Assembly (NCBI GenBank): GCA_023515725.1 | Contig: JALDTO010000098.1 | Span: forward strand, 214,615-278,614 | DNA from: Amoeboaphelidium protococcarum X5 | Taxonomy: Eukaryota > Fungi > Aphelidiomycota | Direction of reading: 5' to 3' | Length of the DNA stretch: 64,000 nt | Shown here: one piece after another, positions 27,135 through 40,858 of the stretch | How positions within the stretch are numbered: position 1 is the first letter of the stretch | Layout: each line of letters opens with the position of its first letter | Translations under genes and position numbers: made by a program | Notes under the pieces: model-generated | The model's database searches: none | Told to the model about the DNA's origin: nothing | Seen by the model: the letters and a program-made list of their open reading frames with translations, nothing else

Positions 27135-27393
27135 GATGCAATTGCCTTCACCTATAATGATAGAGATGCAATGTTTCGTTTACCTCGAAGCGCTAAGAGG
27201 CTAAAAATATACAATATCAATGTAACCAAAGTCAGGTGGGCGTAATACAATAAGACCAGTCTCGTGATATAATGAGAATTTTTAATTATCAAATAAGAGA
27301 AAAGTAAAAGCCTATTAGTATATTGACTCATATTTCATTTGGCTTTTCTCTTGATATGCTTTCATATCAATTGATTCCAAAGGATATAATCTT

Positions 27394-28503
27394 TCAGTCA
27401 GCCAACAGAATCTTTTCGAAAGCAGCATTGCGTCTCACCTGCTGAACCTTCTCCTTACGCTTCAACTTGCCCTCCTGCTTCAAAGCCTCAGCGCGCTTGA
27501 CAGCCTTAGCATAAGGATTCAGACGCAACATCACCTGCAGATTCTTCAATGGATTCTTCTTCTGCACAACACCCATGTGACCACGCTTGGACTTGACAGA
27601 GTTGGCTGGACGCAAAACGGACTGAATTTCATCAGAGTTGATCACACGGTCAATATCTGGGTTAGAGACCAAGTTCTTTGGCAGAGAGAAGTTCTTCTTC
27701 AACTTGCTCTCCTCAGTGAAAGTGCCAAACAGAGCATCCAACTTGCGCAGAGCTGGAGCGGTCCAGATGACAAAGCGGCCACAGTGGCTACCAGGAGCCA
27801 AGTTCAACACGCTCAAATCATCAACCTTGCACAGCTCAACACCGGCAATGTTACGGAAAGCCTTGACTAGGCCATTGTCGTTAGCATAGACAACCAGAGG
27901 GCCACGACGCTGAACAAAGCGGCGGTTTCGCATCTTACCCTTACCGGCGCGCAGAGTACGGCTATCGATCACCTTCTCAATGTCAGCGTACGCGTTAATC
28001 TTCTTCAGCAGCTCAACAGCCTACTTGGTCTTGGTGAAAGACTCGACAGACTCATCGACAACCAAAGGCACCTCAGCAACCTTCTCAACTCTGTGACCAC
28101 GAGCCAAGACTAGCGATGCAACAGCAGAGGCAGCAATAGCAGATGCCACAGCGAAACGTCTCTGTCCAACAGCAACGTGACGGTGCCACTTTCTCCACAC
28201 TTTAGTAGGAGCGAATCTGCGACCACCACGACACATGTTACCGAAGGCACCCTGTCCGGATCTTCCGGTACCACCACCACCAACTCTAGGAATTCTGGCA
28301 ACAGCACGACCGGTACCCCAAGACTCTGCACTAGTTTGGTGGCCAGCCTTCTCAGACACGGCGTATGCTTGTCTTGCATTCTTGGACACTCCAGTGTGGA
28401 CAATATGGATTAAGTCTGGTCTCACAGGCGCAGAGAAGACAGCTGGCAAATTCTCCTTCTTTCCCTCAACGTTTACGATACTGACAGTCTATCTGCTGGT
28501 CAT
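27394..28503 (-). CDS. RPL4: 60S ribosomal protein L4 (uL4)
   Basis: 369 aa. [33 protein letters not shown]. The two ORF-track pieces are joined across an in-frame TAG. Confidence 0.97.
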
Positions 28504-28834
28504 TTTTGTTATCCTTTGGTTATATTTTTTGAAATCCAATAATCTTCTTCAACAATAGTATAAAAAAGGTGTAAGTAGAGCGACTTCGCGTAAAAATCAG
28601 CCAATCAAATTGATCGCCGCTTGGGTTAAGGTTTGACAGATGTTATAGAATGAAATTTAAACGAGACATTGTAAGTTCTCCTGGAGAAAAGATCACGAAT
28701 TTCACCGATCTTCGCCATCACCCTGTGAAAGAATATCGGCGATTTTTTTATTTCTCGGCGTCAATGTGAAACGTTCTTCCGATATTACTCTATAACTTTC
28801 TACTATCTCATCAGAATATTATTTAACGCGTCAG

Positions 28835-30283
28835 ATGTCTATAATACCTACGTTCAATCAAAGTCTTGGGACGTTAAATCCCTAAATTGTTCGAGTAGAG
28901 CCAAGTGGTTACATAGAGCATAACTCCTCCAGATCTGGATCAACCGTGGACATCTTAGATGAAGTGGAGGACGATATTGATGATGATTTGGAATAGAATG
29001 TTAAAACTCCATTGCAGGAATTGCTCGAATCTCATTGCTCTAAGCTCGATGAATTTGTCTAAAAAGATTCAGTCAGGGTGTCGTCACTGTCAGAGGATAA
29101 TGGTTCAAGTAAATAGGTCCGTGTAATAGTCTCTCCTCATGCGTCCAAGTTAAAGCATGTTTTATTCCACCCGGCACTTTATAGAAACATCCTCTCTCTG
29201 GACCATGGAGATGCAGGTCTTGATAATTTGGCCACTTTGCTTAAAGTTTCGCGTGAAGAATGGGTAGATCATTGGTAAAAGGTCAGTAATAATTAACTTG
29301 TCCAGATGTGCTTGAGATTTCTGCAAGAAGCGGAGTCTGAGCCTGATATCAACAATTTCTTCGTAACACTGGTGTCTTACATAGCTTCAACTCTTTAAGT
29401 TGCAGCCAGGCCATCAGCAGAACAGAAATCTCGCATTGGAGGCATTATGGCTAAATCTGAATATGACTACTAATCTCGTATGGATGTGTCCTTCTAAGAT
29501 TGTAATCATGCCCCGTTTACTTTGCTTGGCACAGAGTTAAAAAGTCGTACTGCGTTTCCTGACTACCAACACTGGTATCAGGATTCAAGAACTGCGCAAA
29601 TGTTTGCCGCGTTGTATTCATTGAATGCACCAATCTTTTTGCTCAGCCCTGTCAGATTCAAAATCTTCGTTGAAAATGAGGGACGTAATGAAGTATATAC
29701 GTACCCATTCTCGGAGGATGATGGGGCGAATGCATCCGAACCTATTGGGAATCGATTGGTGAAGGCTCTAATCATCTGCCTACTGAGGAAGCCGTCTGAA
29801 TAGTAACTAGGTTTGGTGTCGCGTCTTTCGAAGCCTCCTGCTGCTAATTCCTTTCACAGCCCAGTATAGTAGTCATAGCGCCCTGTATCTGGTAGAAAGC
29901 GATCACAACAGTTTATTCCTGACAGTATTGAGAAAGTCAAAGTCAGTAAAAGGGTACGTCCCGCTGATTAATATGATGATATCGATGAGAATGGAATTGA
30001 AGAGAAACATGCTGATATGTCGGATGCTGGGCGTATTGTCCCACGCTTTAAGTGTGGCGAAGCAGTTGACGGGACTATTTTGTATCAAGAGGTGAGAGTG
30101 GAACATTTGCCTGAATTTATTTAACTGACGGGAAGTGTGGATTATGATGATGAATCTTAAAGTGATGGAGATGAAGAAATTCCTGTTGATACCGCTGTGG
30201 ATAAGTTGAATTACGAAGAGTCTACTGCTCTGGATCACTTTTAAACACATTATTTGTCTTCATCTGATTGTGAAAATTGTTGA
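28835..30283 (+). CDS. Orphan protein with a PD-(D/E)xK restriction-endonuclease-like motif (Crinkler-effector-like)
   Basis: 482-aa frame. SEPDINNFF helix, then SRMDVSF..LLGTELKS..AQMF fits E..D..ExK..Q. Acidic tail and basic NLS-like patches. Confidence 0.6.
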
Positions 30284-30485
30284 ATATACATAGAGTATCG
30301 TTGTAATCTTCTCAAGCTGCGGTTTCAGTTACAAATGAATTAAACTTGACGCGACATGCCATGTTACCTTAACAAAAATAATCTCTATAAGTTACCAAGA
30401 GTAAACCACTTTATAATATATCAAAATAAATCACAAAATCTTTAACTTAATCCCAACTTCTTAGCTAACCATTCCATAGAACATT

Positions 30486-31972
30486 TCAAGCTTGAGACAA
30501 TTCAACGATTCTCTTCTTCATCTAGTTCATGTCAATATCTGATAATCCGTTGAGAGCATTATTACTTCTACTCTTGCTTCCATGAGATACAGAAGTCAGC
30601 ACCTTGGAGTGGGGATGAAACTCAATCTGCAAGTCCTTCTACTTTGCCAAATCAAGAGCCACCACAAACTTGGCGCCAATCTCCATCACCTTCTCATTGT
30701 CATCGCTATTCTTAATCCACAGCGCCAATCGATCGCCTTTAGAGCGACGCGAGAAAACAGCGCCACAAACTTCGTCATTCGAATCAATCGACTCTCCCAC
30801 AATGGCACACAAGCACCTGATCCAGCAATTGTCCACCAGATTACTCATAGAAGGCGGAAAGATTACATTCCATTTGCCACCATTCTTGTTCGCAACATCC
30901 TCCCATATCGGCTTAATTCCATCTCTAAACACGTGAAAATTGGCGTTCAACTCCACTTGAGATGCAGGTTTCAAGTGATTGATATACTTCCAAAACAGTT
31001 GCACAGACTTGAAGCGACAGATGGATACAAGTTGACTCTCATACTGATCCACATTATGAGCACCGGGCTTTGAAGTTAAACCACGTCTATCGTATTACAC
31101 ATGCCACATTGAGGTAAAAGGCAGGCGACCAATGTCAGAAGTGACACTCTTAGAGTTACTGTTATTTTCATTCACTTGGCCGTCTTTCTAATCACCACCG
31201 TCAGTCACCTTGGCAGTCCGCGGGGAGAAATACTAATCAATAGCCGCTGATTAGGCACTCTTTGGCGATGAAGTGAGCTAGGCATTCAATTTACGTCTCA
31301 CCTCAGGAGGTAAATCAATCGATACTTTCAATCGACTGCTCATACTTGGCGATGATCTGTTCTCCACCGTTTTCGAATTCTTGGTCTCAGACAATGGAGT
31401 CCTGGTCAGTACAGAGCCATTCTAACCTTTACCATTTGGAGTCCTGCTGCTGATAAGAGAAGGATCAGAAAATTGAACATCCTCCTTGTATCCAATACTC
31501 CCAGCCTTGGCCATGAAGAGCTTCAGTTTCTTATCTCTGTCCTCCATCTCTTTCAGAACATCAGTATTACCGCTAGCCTTCAGCTTCTCAAAAGATTACA
31601 CAAACATCATATTGCGGTGTGTGCTTAAAACTTTGCTGGTTGTAGCAGTGGTGCTAGTGAGACTCTATTACAGAACGATCTGTGATGATGATGATGATGC
31701 AGGCCTTTTACTCAGCACTTGATCCAACTTCTTTGACATTTCCTAAATATCTTTCGGGATGCTCTTTGTACTCTTTATGCTCTCACCTACCATACATTAA
31801 TGTCATACTATTGATCATAAAAATAATTCAGAGTACAAAACATACCACTAGATTTAATCTCATTCACACGGCCAAGACTGAGATTCTTCAAGTCATTACT
31901 ATTACTATGGCTGAGACTATCGTTCTTGTCACTGCTGCGCTGATGTGTCTACTCGGACATTCGTTGCGCCAT
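30486..31972 (-). CDS. eIF4E-family cap-binding protein with long N-terminal extension; intron 31787-31845
   Basis: FHVFRDGIKPIWEDVANKNGGKW, EVCGAVFSRR..DRLALW. The upstream exon joins in frame via a GTATGT..GGTAG intron. Confidence 0.85.
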
Positions 31973-32356
31973 TGTCTTTTACACTGCTGATTGTCTGTCT
32001 GTCTGTCTGTCTGTTATTCTAAAAGCGAACGGGAAAGAAACAACGACGACGAGGCGATCTGTTGTTTCAGACCGGAATTGAAAACAGGGTTTGCTGATAG
32101 ATTTTGCAATATAGAAAGACATAACAGGGAGAAAGGCGTATATCCATCTGACAAATGTGTTTACTTAGATTCACTGACTAATTCGTTACATTGGCAATAG
32201 GAGATACATTTATCAGCTTAACATCTTCAGTCATTTTGTACCAAAAGAACGCTAATACTTACTACATCGCGTTCTCTGAGGGATTCTTCCATATCCAATC
32301 ATCGCGAGTTTAGAATTGATTTTGCTTAAAAGATTTAATACAATATATAACTCAGA

Positions 32357-33874
32357 ATGGTGTTGACTGATCCTGTAGACGAGTATTTCGAGTTGTTGTC
32401 TAAAAGCTAATTTAAAGCAGTTCCCATTATACCATCTAATGATAGTGGAGACTTGGACAAGTGGATATCGGACAATGGAATAGAACTGAAAGGTGTTCAA
32501 GTAGTGTATTAGGATGGCATGAATCGCGTCATTTGTAAACAGAGTATAAAGGTTAGATTGCATTGCCAGTAATGATCAGAGCCATGATTTATTCATTATT
32601 ACTACAGTATGAGTGTGTAGACTGGGGCGGAGGTGATCAAAGTCCCAAGAGATGCAATGATCACAGCATCTACAGCATTGGTGGATGATGATGATGATGA
32701 AGACTATTCCAAGTTGAATGTATATGTTAATTCTAGCAAATTAATCAACACATTCCCAATGTACAAAATCATCTTATTTCTGCTAATTCATGCTGGCAAG
32801 TCTTAGTCCAAGTGGCGTCCGTATCTCGATAGACTGCCACGTAACTTTACTATCCCCTTCTGGATGGACTAGAAGATTGTGAAGCAGATACTTGGTCAGA
32901 CTTCTGCATATATCGAGTTTAGCCGGGCTGTCAAGTTTATAACGCTTCAGTATTAAATGCTATCACGATGGGCTGATCAACTGCCACAGGAACTTGGATA
33001 ATGTGTACCTAAATTCAGTTTTAGAGATTACATATGGGCATAGTGCATTCTGTTCACTAGATAAAATGCCGTCCCTTCAACATCGCCCAATACTGCCTCT
33101 GTTGACACTACTCCTTAGGATGTTATCGCGTTGATTCCCATCTGGGACATGGTTAATCATAAAGATGGACTCCTATCTACCGAGTATGATTTATAGAGTG
33201 ATTGTCTTGTGTCTCGTTCTAGCTCCGACTATCAGTAAGGTGAAGAGTATTGCATGTGCTATGGCAATCGCTCCAATATGGATCTATTGCTATACTCTGG
33301 ATTTGTACTTTCTCAGCGGACAAGTCTAGATATAGAATGTGTAAAGATGTAAGTGAGTTTAACCAACTCGAAACATCCATTATACAGTTAACGTGCAGAA
33401 TTACTAAAGCTTTATCATCTATAATCGTAAACCTCATGTTCGCATCTTTGGTGCATAACATTCTAATTAACACACGTTTATCTATGTAGACCACAAGTTT
33501 TGACTTTGCATCATAATTTAAAAAGTTCCGATAATGTGAAGCTATAGATTTATTTGAATATTTTACTGGGAGACAGGGAGAGTTTAGATCGCTATCAGAA
33601 TCAATAAATGTCTCCCTTGGAGTTTGGTCAAGTGTAAATAAAGTTTATTACGTTGATTCTTGAAAGGAATTTAAGGTAAGATACTGACAATGTATTGCTA
33701 GTATAAAAACGCTTTATAAGGTGATGTAGAGAATTCAAAGCAATAGATGATCAAGATCTTGAAGATTCAGATTCTGGTAAAGTGTTAATAGAATATCGAA
33801 ATCTCGAAAGACGTGCTATAGAGAGCATGTTAAGTCAACTTAAAATTAAGACGTCCACGTCTGACACTAAATGA
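32357..33874 (+). CDS. SET-domain protein methyltransferase (SETD3/RKM-like); introns 32552-32620, 33676-33729 and probably 33427-33489
   Basis: LDKWISDNG, SKWRPYLDRLP, ALIPIWDMVNH, CYGNRSNMDLLLYSGF. Confidence 0.8.
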
Positions 33875-33903
33875 ACAATCTGTAATAATACGTGAGAGAT
33901 ATA

Positions 33904-34821
33904 TCATCTGTTCATTAATTTCATTAGTTGCTCATAAGCGAGAAAGGTGGCCGCATTAACTGGTGCAGCTCTGAGCATACACGGCCAGAAGCCTCGGTAC
34001 AGTCCAGCTATACCATCCGCTTTAAGAGTCTTGACGAGACAGTCCACCATGCCACGATACTTCTAATTAGAGACATTGAGCGCGTCAGTCTACAGTCGGC
34101 TCTTCACGGAGTCAATTGGAAAGATTGGAATCCACATGACATACCCAGCCACTGCACCAAAAGTCATAACCTACCACACGGGAAGATCTCTTCTACCAGC
34201 AGCTGATTGTGGACCCATTGATTATCTCGCCCTTTGAACCAGAGTCTCATAAGCCCAAAAGTATCCACCATATCCCTACCACTCCCTCAACATTGTCACT
34301 CCTTATCCTTTGTATATACCGCGGATTCCAAATTATTTAAAGATCTACTTCGCACAATCAAAAGTGGATTTGTATTAGGCACCACCAGACTGACCTGGCG
34401 ACGTTGTCTGCACTTGCATTCTAGTTCTAATGTGTTCCACCGGACCAGAGATGAGAGAATTTGCAACACCAGCAATACCACCGCTAACATACAGCTGAAG
34501 CGGTGTAAATTCATAGACATTACGCGCTGCATTACTCTCCTTGAACCTTCTCTTCATGTGCTCCAGCGTTGCAAATTGTATGCTGACACAGAACGCGATT
34601 CCAGCCAGCGGACTCATCGTCCCTTTGTACAGGGCCAGAGCACCTTCTTTCTACACCGTCTAACGGAGGCAATCCAACGCGCCGCCATACTACAACACAG
34701 ATCCTTGACTTTACAATCTCACCTTGATAGTGTCAAATGGCTGCGCAATAAGAACTTGCACCACTCCACTACCAGTTCCGGCCGCGAGTTCCTTGAATAC
34801 TTGTTACTCTTACGCTGGCAT
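33904..34821 (-). CDS. Mitochondrial carrier (SLC25; YMC1/carnitine-ornithine carrier-like)
   Basis: 305 aa. PFDTIKVRLQ, PVEHIRTRMQ, LYKGTMSPLAG, C-terminal ANAATFLAYE. Confidence 0.9.
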
Positions 34822-34946
34822 ATTTTAATCGGATCAATACAATCGGGAATGTAGAAATCAACGAAAGTAAAAGCGAAAGAGAAAATTCACTGGAAAGAAT
34901 CTATATAATAAACTATCTTGGCATTTCAAGATTTAGTATCGCTAGT

Positions 34947-36176
34947 TCAATCTTCCTCTTCATCTTCACTATCAGAAGCTGGTAACTCGGTGTCCTGATC
35001 AATTTCAAAGTCCTCGTCGCTGTAATATTGAGCTTCCTCTTCATCTTCAGACAGGGACATCTCCTAACCCTTAGATTCTTCCACATTACTCGTTTATGCA
35101 ACCGACTCGTCAAATTTAACCTTCTTTCTCTCAACATTAGCCTCTTGCTCTTGACGGCGCTTCTTCTTTAACTGAATACGCTCCTAATATTTACGATGCT
35201 TCTCCTTGGCCTCTGCAGGAGTCAGTTTAATAACGTCATGATAAATCACCTCACCATCACAGAATCCATCCTAAATCTTTCTCAACTTCATATCAATACG
35301 AGGTCCAATCTCAGTCAACTTGATGGCGCGTTATTAAGATTACTTATTATTCTGACCGACATACTTCTCAGGAAGAGTGACTAGAGACTTATCAGCAGCA
35401 TCTTCAACGTCCGACTCTGATACGACTGCATCTCTAAGAACATACTCACTGATATCCTCAAACTTGTGCAAATCCGGGATATCAGTCTGGATAATACGCT
35501 TCAAACCCTTACTCACACCGACAATCTTCACATTAATGTAATAATGTCTAAAGCTTACAGACTTGCGCCCCTTGTCATAATTAATCAACACAATTCTACG
35601 ACATTCTGACGCGTGAATCTTCTATAGATTAAGAGATGGAAATATATTCTGGAACATTGTGGCCATAAGCTTGACGTGTTTATCTTCGGAATTGAAGTTA
35701 TTAAGTACAAGCAGAGGAGCCTGAGAGTACTCTTTTCCAGGACTTCTTGGCTTTGCCTGGCACGCAATAATATCTCGGATAAGAGCGTATTATTCGATTT
35801 TAAAAGTCAAGGTGGGACCTTTAGGCGACTTGGCAATTCTCAGACTGGTGGAATTGTCAGTCTGTGACAACAGCATCATGTGCGATACCCCCATAAGACC
35901 GGCTACACTAACGAAATCCTTCAACTTGTTCTTTCTACGTGCCTTCAGCTTTGCAGCAGTGTTTGGCTCCATCACTTTACGGATATCAAGTAAAAGTTGA
36001 TTCGCCGAGGTGGTGAGCTTGTTGGTCTAGATCACAAAAGTCTTTGGTACATTCTTCAAATTCGGATCATCCTCCTACTTCTTGTGCGTTCTCTTCTTCT
36101 TCTACACATTTATTATAATTACCAGTAAATAAACTATTGTCAATATTATAAATAAATAACATCTTACTCTAACCAT
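34947..36176 (-). CDS. SSF1: Brix-domain ribosome biogenesis protein Ssf1/Peter Pan; intron 36102-36167
   Basis: MVR|KKKRTH, RKVMEPNTAAKLKARRKNKLKDFV, GPTLTFKI, FRHY, IKLTEIGPR. Confidence 0.92.
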
Positions 36177-36291
36177 TGTTTATACTATTGTCTAATACTT
36201 TGCGTGATTTTCGCGTTTCGCTCTTTAAAGTGAAAAAGTAAAGGAAGCGCTCCCACCCAGACAATAAAGCTAAGTTTTATAAAGGGGGACA

Positions 36292-37089
36292 ATGGGCGCT
36301 GCATAGAGTCAAGACTTAAATTTAGACGAGTTGGGCCCAAAAGTTGGATTTCATGTGCTGGATGTAAAATAGGAGTCTCCCGCTCATTAGGCTGGCCTTG
36401 AAGCGTACTTTTCATACGTACTCTCCATAAACGATGTTAGATTGTCTGAGCCTGGATCCGCTTCTGATCTTGTTAATACTCTGCGCGAGAATGTGAACAA
36501 AGAGGTACAACTCTTGGTTTATAATTCTAAATTGTAATCATTAAAGTAGTTTATTGTTATTCCCTCCGCTGGTTGGCCTGGTAGTAGGGATGATGAAATT
36601 TTGGGATGCTCATTAAGATTTTGCTCATTTCAGCACGCGGGAGAGCAAGTCTGGCACGTAACTAAAGTTCATTCAAATAGTCCTGCTGAAGATGCAGAAC
36701 TAATTCCAAACACAGACTACATCATCGGGGCGCCTCTGCATGTTCTCAAAGACAAAGATGACTTGTTTAGATTGGTGTAGTATCACATGCGAAAAGTTTT
36801 ACGTCTCATTGTTTACAATTGGGCTCAAGACCGATGTCGCGAGGTGACTATAGTTCCAAACGATCAATGGGGTGGTGAGGGTTCACTTGGTTGTGATATT
36901 GGATACGGTATTCTTCATAAAATTCCAAATGTTTTATTTAAAGATGTTGACAAGTCTCCAGGTAAAGAGCTTAAATTAGATGCTGATTCTGGGACTGAAA
37001 AGGAGAATACTAGTCTACAAGTCAGTCCAGGCGATATGGCTCAACAAAAGAAGGTGGATCATAAAGAAGAGCAGTCTAATGAACAATGA
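36292..37089 (+). CDS. GRH1: GRASP55/65 (Grh1) Golgi stacking protein
   Basis: 265 aa. MG myristoylation start, [36 protein letters not shown]. Confidence 0.92.
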
Positions 37090-37229
37090 TAAATAATGTC
37101 AATTTAATATTAACAAATACGCACGACAATGCTAATGAAATAAAGTAGAAGAAGAATTCATTCAATGGTGATACGGTGACGCCTTTATGTAATAAAGTCA
37201 TCTATTGAATTTACAATCATAGCGAGAAT

Positions 37230-37680
37230 TCAATTATCTTGATCATCAGGATCCTCCAGCATGGCGATCATTTATTACTTGCCGACTGAATGTTAATCTT
37301 ATAAAAGCATTGTCAATTTCTTGTAAAACTCTTCCGGTTCAATCGGGACAGTAGTTTGCAAAGAGTGATGATCAGTATGTTCGTGATAAACGCACAATCC
37401 TTTCGGTAGAGTCATACCACCTTTCAATACATAAATTCGCGGCTCTCCTCTCCATAACTTCAATATTTCCAGCATCTTGTCGCTAGCAGGACGCAGAGTC
37501 ATCCCGTTGGGGATGGTGAATTTATCACGCGGTTCTACCGGAGTGATGCAATCCATTGAGGAGCTTCAAATCAAACGACGATCTCCCCAGTGCCATTTGA
37601 TCTTAATATTATCGCAATTTCACAGGCATAGAGCTTTATACGCGATATAAAGTGTAAGGTAACTAAGTGAATCTTTTCAT
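37230..37680 (-). pseudogene. Tse2-like ADP-ribosyltransferase toxin gene, frameshifted at ~37548
   Basis: LYRVQ..SFDL in one frame, then PNGMTLRP..GMTLPKGLCVYHEHTDHHSLQ in the next. One extra base relative to the paralog at 40859-41173. Confidence 0.7.
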
Positions 37681-37858
37681 ATCTTGTTTTAAAGTACTGC
37701 CGCGTAAAGTCCTTGTTACTTGTAGATACGTACCTAATGCGCCGCGATGTATTGTCTTAATCGGGTCAAAAATCTTGGGGTGAAGCAAAAACACGAGCCA
37801 AAGACACATCGTACGACACAGAAATACACAGCTATTACGATAAAAACTCAATTTGGCT

Positions 37859-40216
37859 TCAAAAAAGTTCATAGTACTTCATCTCAGTCGGATACCCATA
37901 TTCATTGATCAATATGGCCATAGAATCTTCATCGTTGTATAAACTCTCACAAGATGCAATGAATGCAAATCTTTTAATCATACGATGACGATCACCGATG
38001 GGAACCTTGTCAGAGTGAACATAGTTAAAGAACCCGCGCACAAGTTCAGACTCATCCGGAACTAAATCGCGATCGTTAAGCACCTCTTAATCTTTCCAGA
38101 GCCTTATATATTGCTCAAAGAAATCCTACTCTTTCATAACAAAATACGGCAAGCCTTCAAAGAAATAAAACCTTGATTTGCGTTACTCTAACGGCATAAC
38201 AATACTAGATGCAATTAACCGCTCAATCAGTCCACCCACATAGCAAGATGAATAGACAAACCTGCCGTAATTGGCATAAGCAATACGCGCGACTTAAACA
38301 ATATTGTCAGGAAACTAGAGCTATTGTTCAGCTTATTTCATCTTTTACATCCATTCTTAGTGATATTCATCTCCTAATTTAAGATCTTCTATAGTATCAG
38401 GCATCAAGTGAGCAGTAATCAGTTTCAGCATATCAAATGAGAAAGAGGCTTTGACCATTTTATTTAAATCGATCTCTACAAATCCAAAATACAATCTATT
38501 AAAAAATGTCGCAATCTACTTAGGATCTCCAACCTCTGCAAAAAGCTAAATTAGGTGACCAAAAAGCTATTCAGTCTCTGCCGTAAGTTATTTATAGCTA
38601 AAATTGCCAAACGCCACAGCCAAAACGCATTCATTATACTACGCCAATGTCTCAGCGTTTAAAGACTTGGCGAACTTTAAAAACGACTTTCTTCCACCCA
38701 AAGAATCTTCAAGAGTCCTTATTACTTCTAGATGATTTGAACAACCATTGGCTTCTTACGGAAACTCATGCGCTTTACTGAAAGCTAAAAGAAAGCGAGG
38801 TAGAATCCATTACAAGTCATCTATCAACATGCTTTAAAACAATTAAAACGCCATTGAAAGCCAATAATGCTCTGCGTTACGAACAATGAAAATATTGTTC
38901 ACTAATTTCAGCAAAACTTCCCGCATAACATCCTTATACTTGCACTTATACAGATTGATATCGAAACTGCGATTAATATCCTATCTAATACACTAAGACG
39001 AAGTAATGGCTATTAGCAGATTTGCAGCCTCGTCAACAAGGCCGCGATTGATCTTCTCAGCCAATTTTTACAGTAAATAAAGCAAGGCGCGATCTTTATC
39101 GGTGGCCACAAACAGCTCAATCATAATCCAACAATATTCAACAGAAAGTATCGAGTCTTAATACTCGAATTGTTGGCCAACCCATTCGTAACTTATACAC
39201 GGGCACAGCTCACTTTTAAGACTATCATTTATACAAAGATCCCTATGGCGCCGTCTAAGATTTGTAATATCATCCGATTGAGTAGTAGATGAGGAATAAT
39301 ACTTGACCATTCGAATAATATAAGTCTTGAAGAACACCTCTTTATCCAGTTGATCATACATATCCAACTCTTTCGCCGATATAATGTACGCCTAAATGAC
39401 ACCGAAACTCGGTGCAATATCACTATCTTCGTCAATGAATCTTTGTAAAACTTCTAAGGGACGGCCCAAGGAGAAACTCCAACAAATCGGCTGAATGACT
39501 TCATCTGGGAGTATCACTGGGCCACTGTAATACAGCCCGACAACAGAAATAAAGTACTCATTTATGGCGCCTACTAAAGCTTATTATAACAAATCAATCT
39601 TATTCACGGCCTCATAGAAATAACCATACTTAAGTACAGACATGCGATTAATAGACAATGTACGCAAGTCATCAGTAACTTCAGCTGTACTTTAGAGTTT
39701 CCAATTCATCACAGATTAAACAAACACAGTAATCAATAAATCTACTTGAGAAACGGCCAAAGGTTGATCCACAATCAATGAACGATGAACTATCTAATTC
39801 ACGTAAATTTCTTACCATTCAGTGACTTGACCACATACATTAGGTAAGAGTCTATCATCATCTGAGAATGATGTCCATATTGCCTTGTTCCACGAGACAA
39901 CTTCGCGGTCGCCCACAACCATGCAGCCGAGTGAATTCATGTGCAGAGTACTATCATACACCAGATCTTTATGCATAAAGAACTAAAAATCCTCAACAGT
40001 CTTCAGTTATAGATATGGATGCAATTTGACGCGAAACATTGCCAACACTGGTCCATAGAATTTGAAATACGAGTTGCGTACTTACACCCTCTAACTGAGA
40101 ATTATTTATTGACAGTCACGGCAGGTCAATGTCAATTAAAGCAGTTCCTATGGTCTTAAATATACATACAGATTAGTATCAGATAACAATAGTAAATGCT
40201 ACAGTGAACTTGTCAT
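37859..40216 (-). CDS. 785-aa orphan with N-terminal F-box-like motif
   Basis: Uninterrupted frame under table 6 from ATG 40216. N-terminus LYVYLRPQELLQLTLTCRDCQQII matches the F-box pattern. The rest is unrecognised and probably helical. Confidence 0.7.
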
Positions 40217-40330
40217 TGTTAAATGATTAACACATCAAAGTGAAAATAATGCTGGTGATGAACGAGGTCGGAACGATCTAAAAATTCGGTGTAATCAACA
40301 AAGACCACCAGTTTTATTGATCAAGTTAAC

Positions 40331-40850
40331 TCATTCACTAAACGTAGCAAGTCGTAAGATTTTGATTTCACGATCCAGGATCTTACGCCCAAGCTGTGTC
40401 CATTATTTAAGGCATTGAAAACCATACTTCTCTCTAGTTTGACCACGCATCACTCGATCGGTAGAAGTCAAACGCTTTCCAACGAAGGAGCGGTTGAATT
40501 CATCTGGTTTTTGGTTAGAGGCACTTACAGCACTTTGTTCGGGTAAATAACTCACTATATGGTGGCTAAATGACTAACTGCATCATATAATAACCGCGAG
40601 CATCCATAGCAAATTGACTATCATTAGGCGGCTGCATGCTTTTACTGACGTTGTAAACAATATTTTGCAGACATATAAGGACAGGCTCTTTACCGCGTCG
40701 CAATCTCATTCATAAGTATACCGTCAGAGTATTATATATCACGCTTTTCCGACGCACTATAGCTAACATTAGCTTATTCAACTGTAGTCATCGAATACCA
40801 GACACTGCATTGAATTTATCAACAGTAGTACAAACTCCAAATGCAGCGAA
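40331..40850 (-). pseudogene. Possible decayed REase-kinase (Crinkler-like) fragment
   Basis: Broken frames give FGVCTTVDKF and KSLSLYVCKI, resembling FGVLTTYEKW and ALVSLLYKV in 56909-58630. Several TGAs and frameshifts. Confidence 0.3.
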
Positions 40851-40858
40851 GCATAGTC

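Noticed and set aside
34234-34854. 206-aa plus-strand ORF, and similar antisense ORFs over RPL4, NDK, eIF4E and LARP
   Set aside because: Antisense shadows of well-supported genes on the other strand.
37681-37872. In-frame N-terminal extension of the first Tse2-like copy (ORF 37663-37872)
   Set aside because: It overlaps the end of the F-box-like gene, and the paralog starts at the equivalent MKR Met, so this is probably chance openness.
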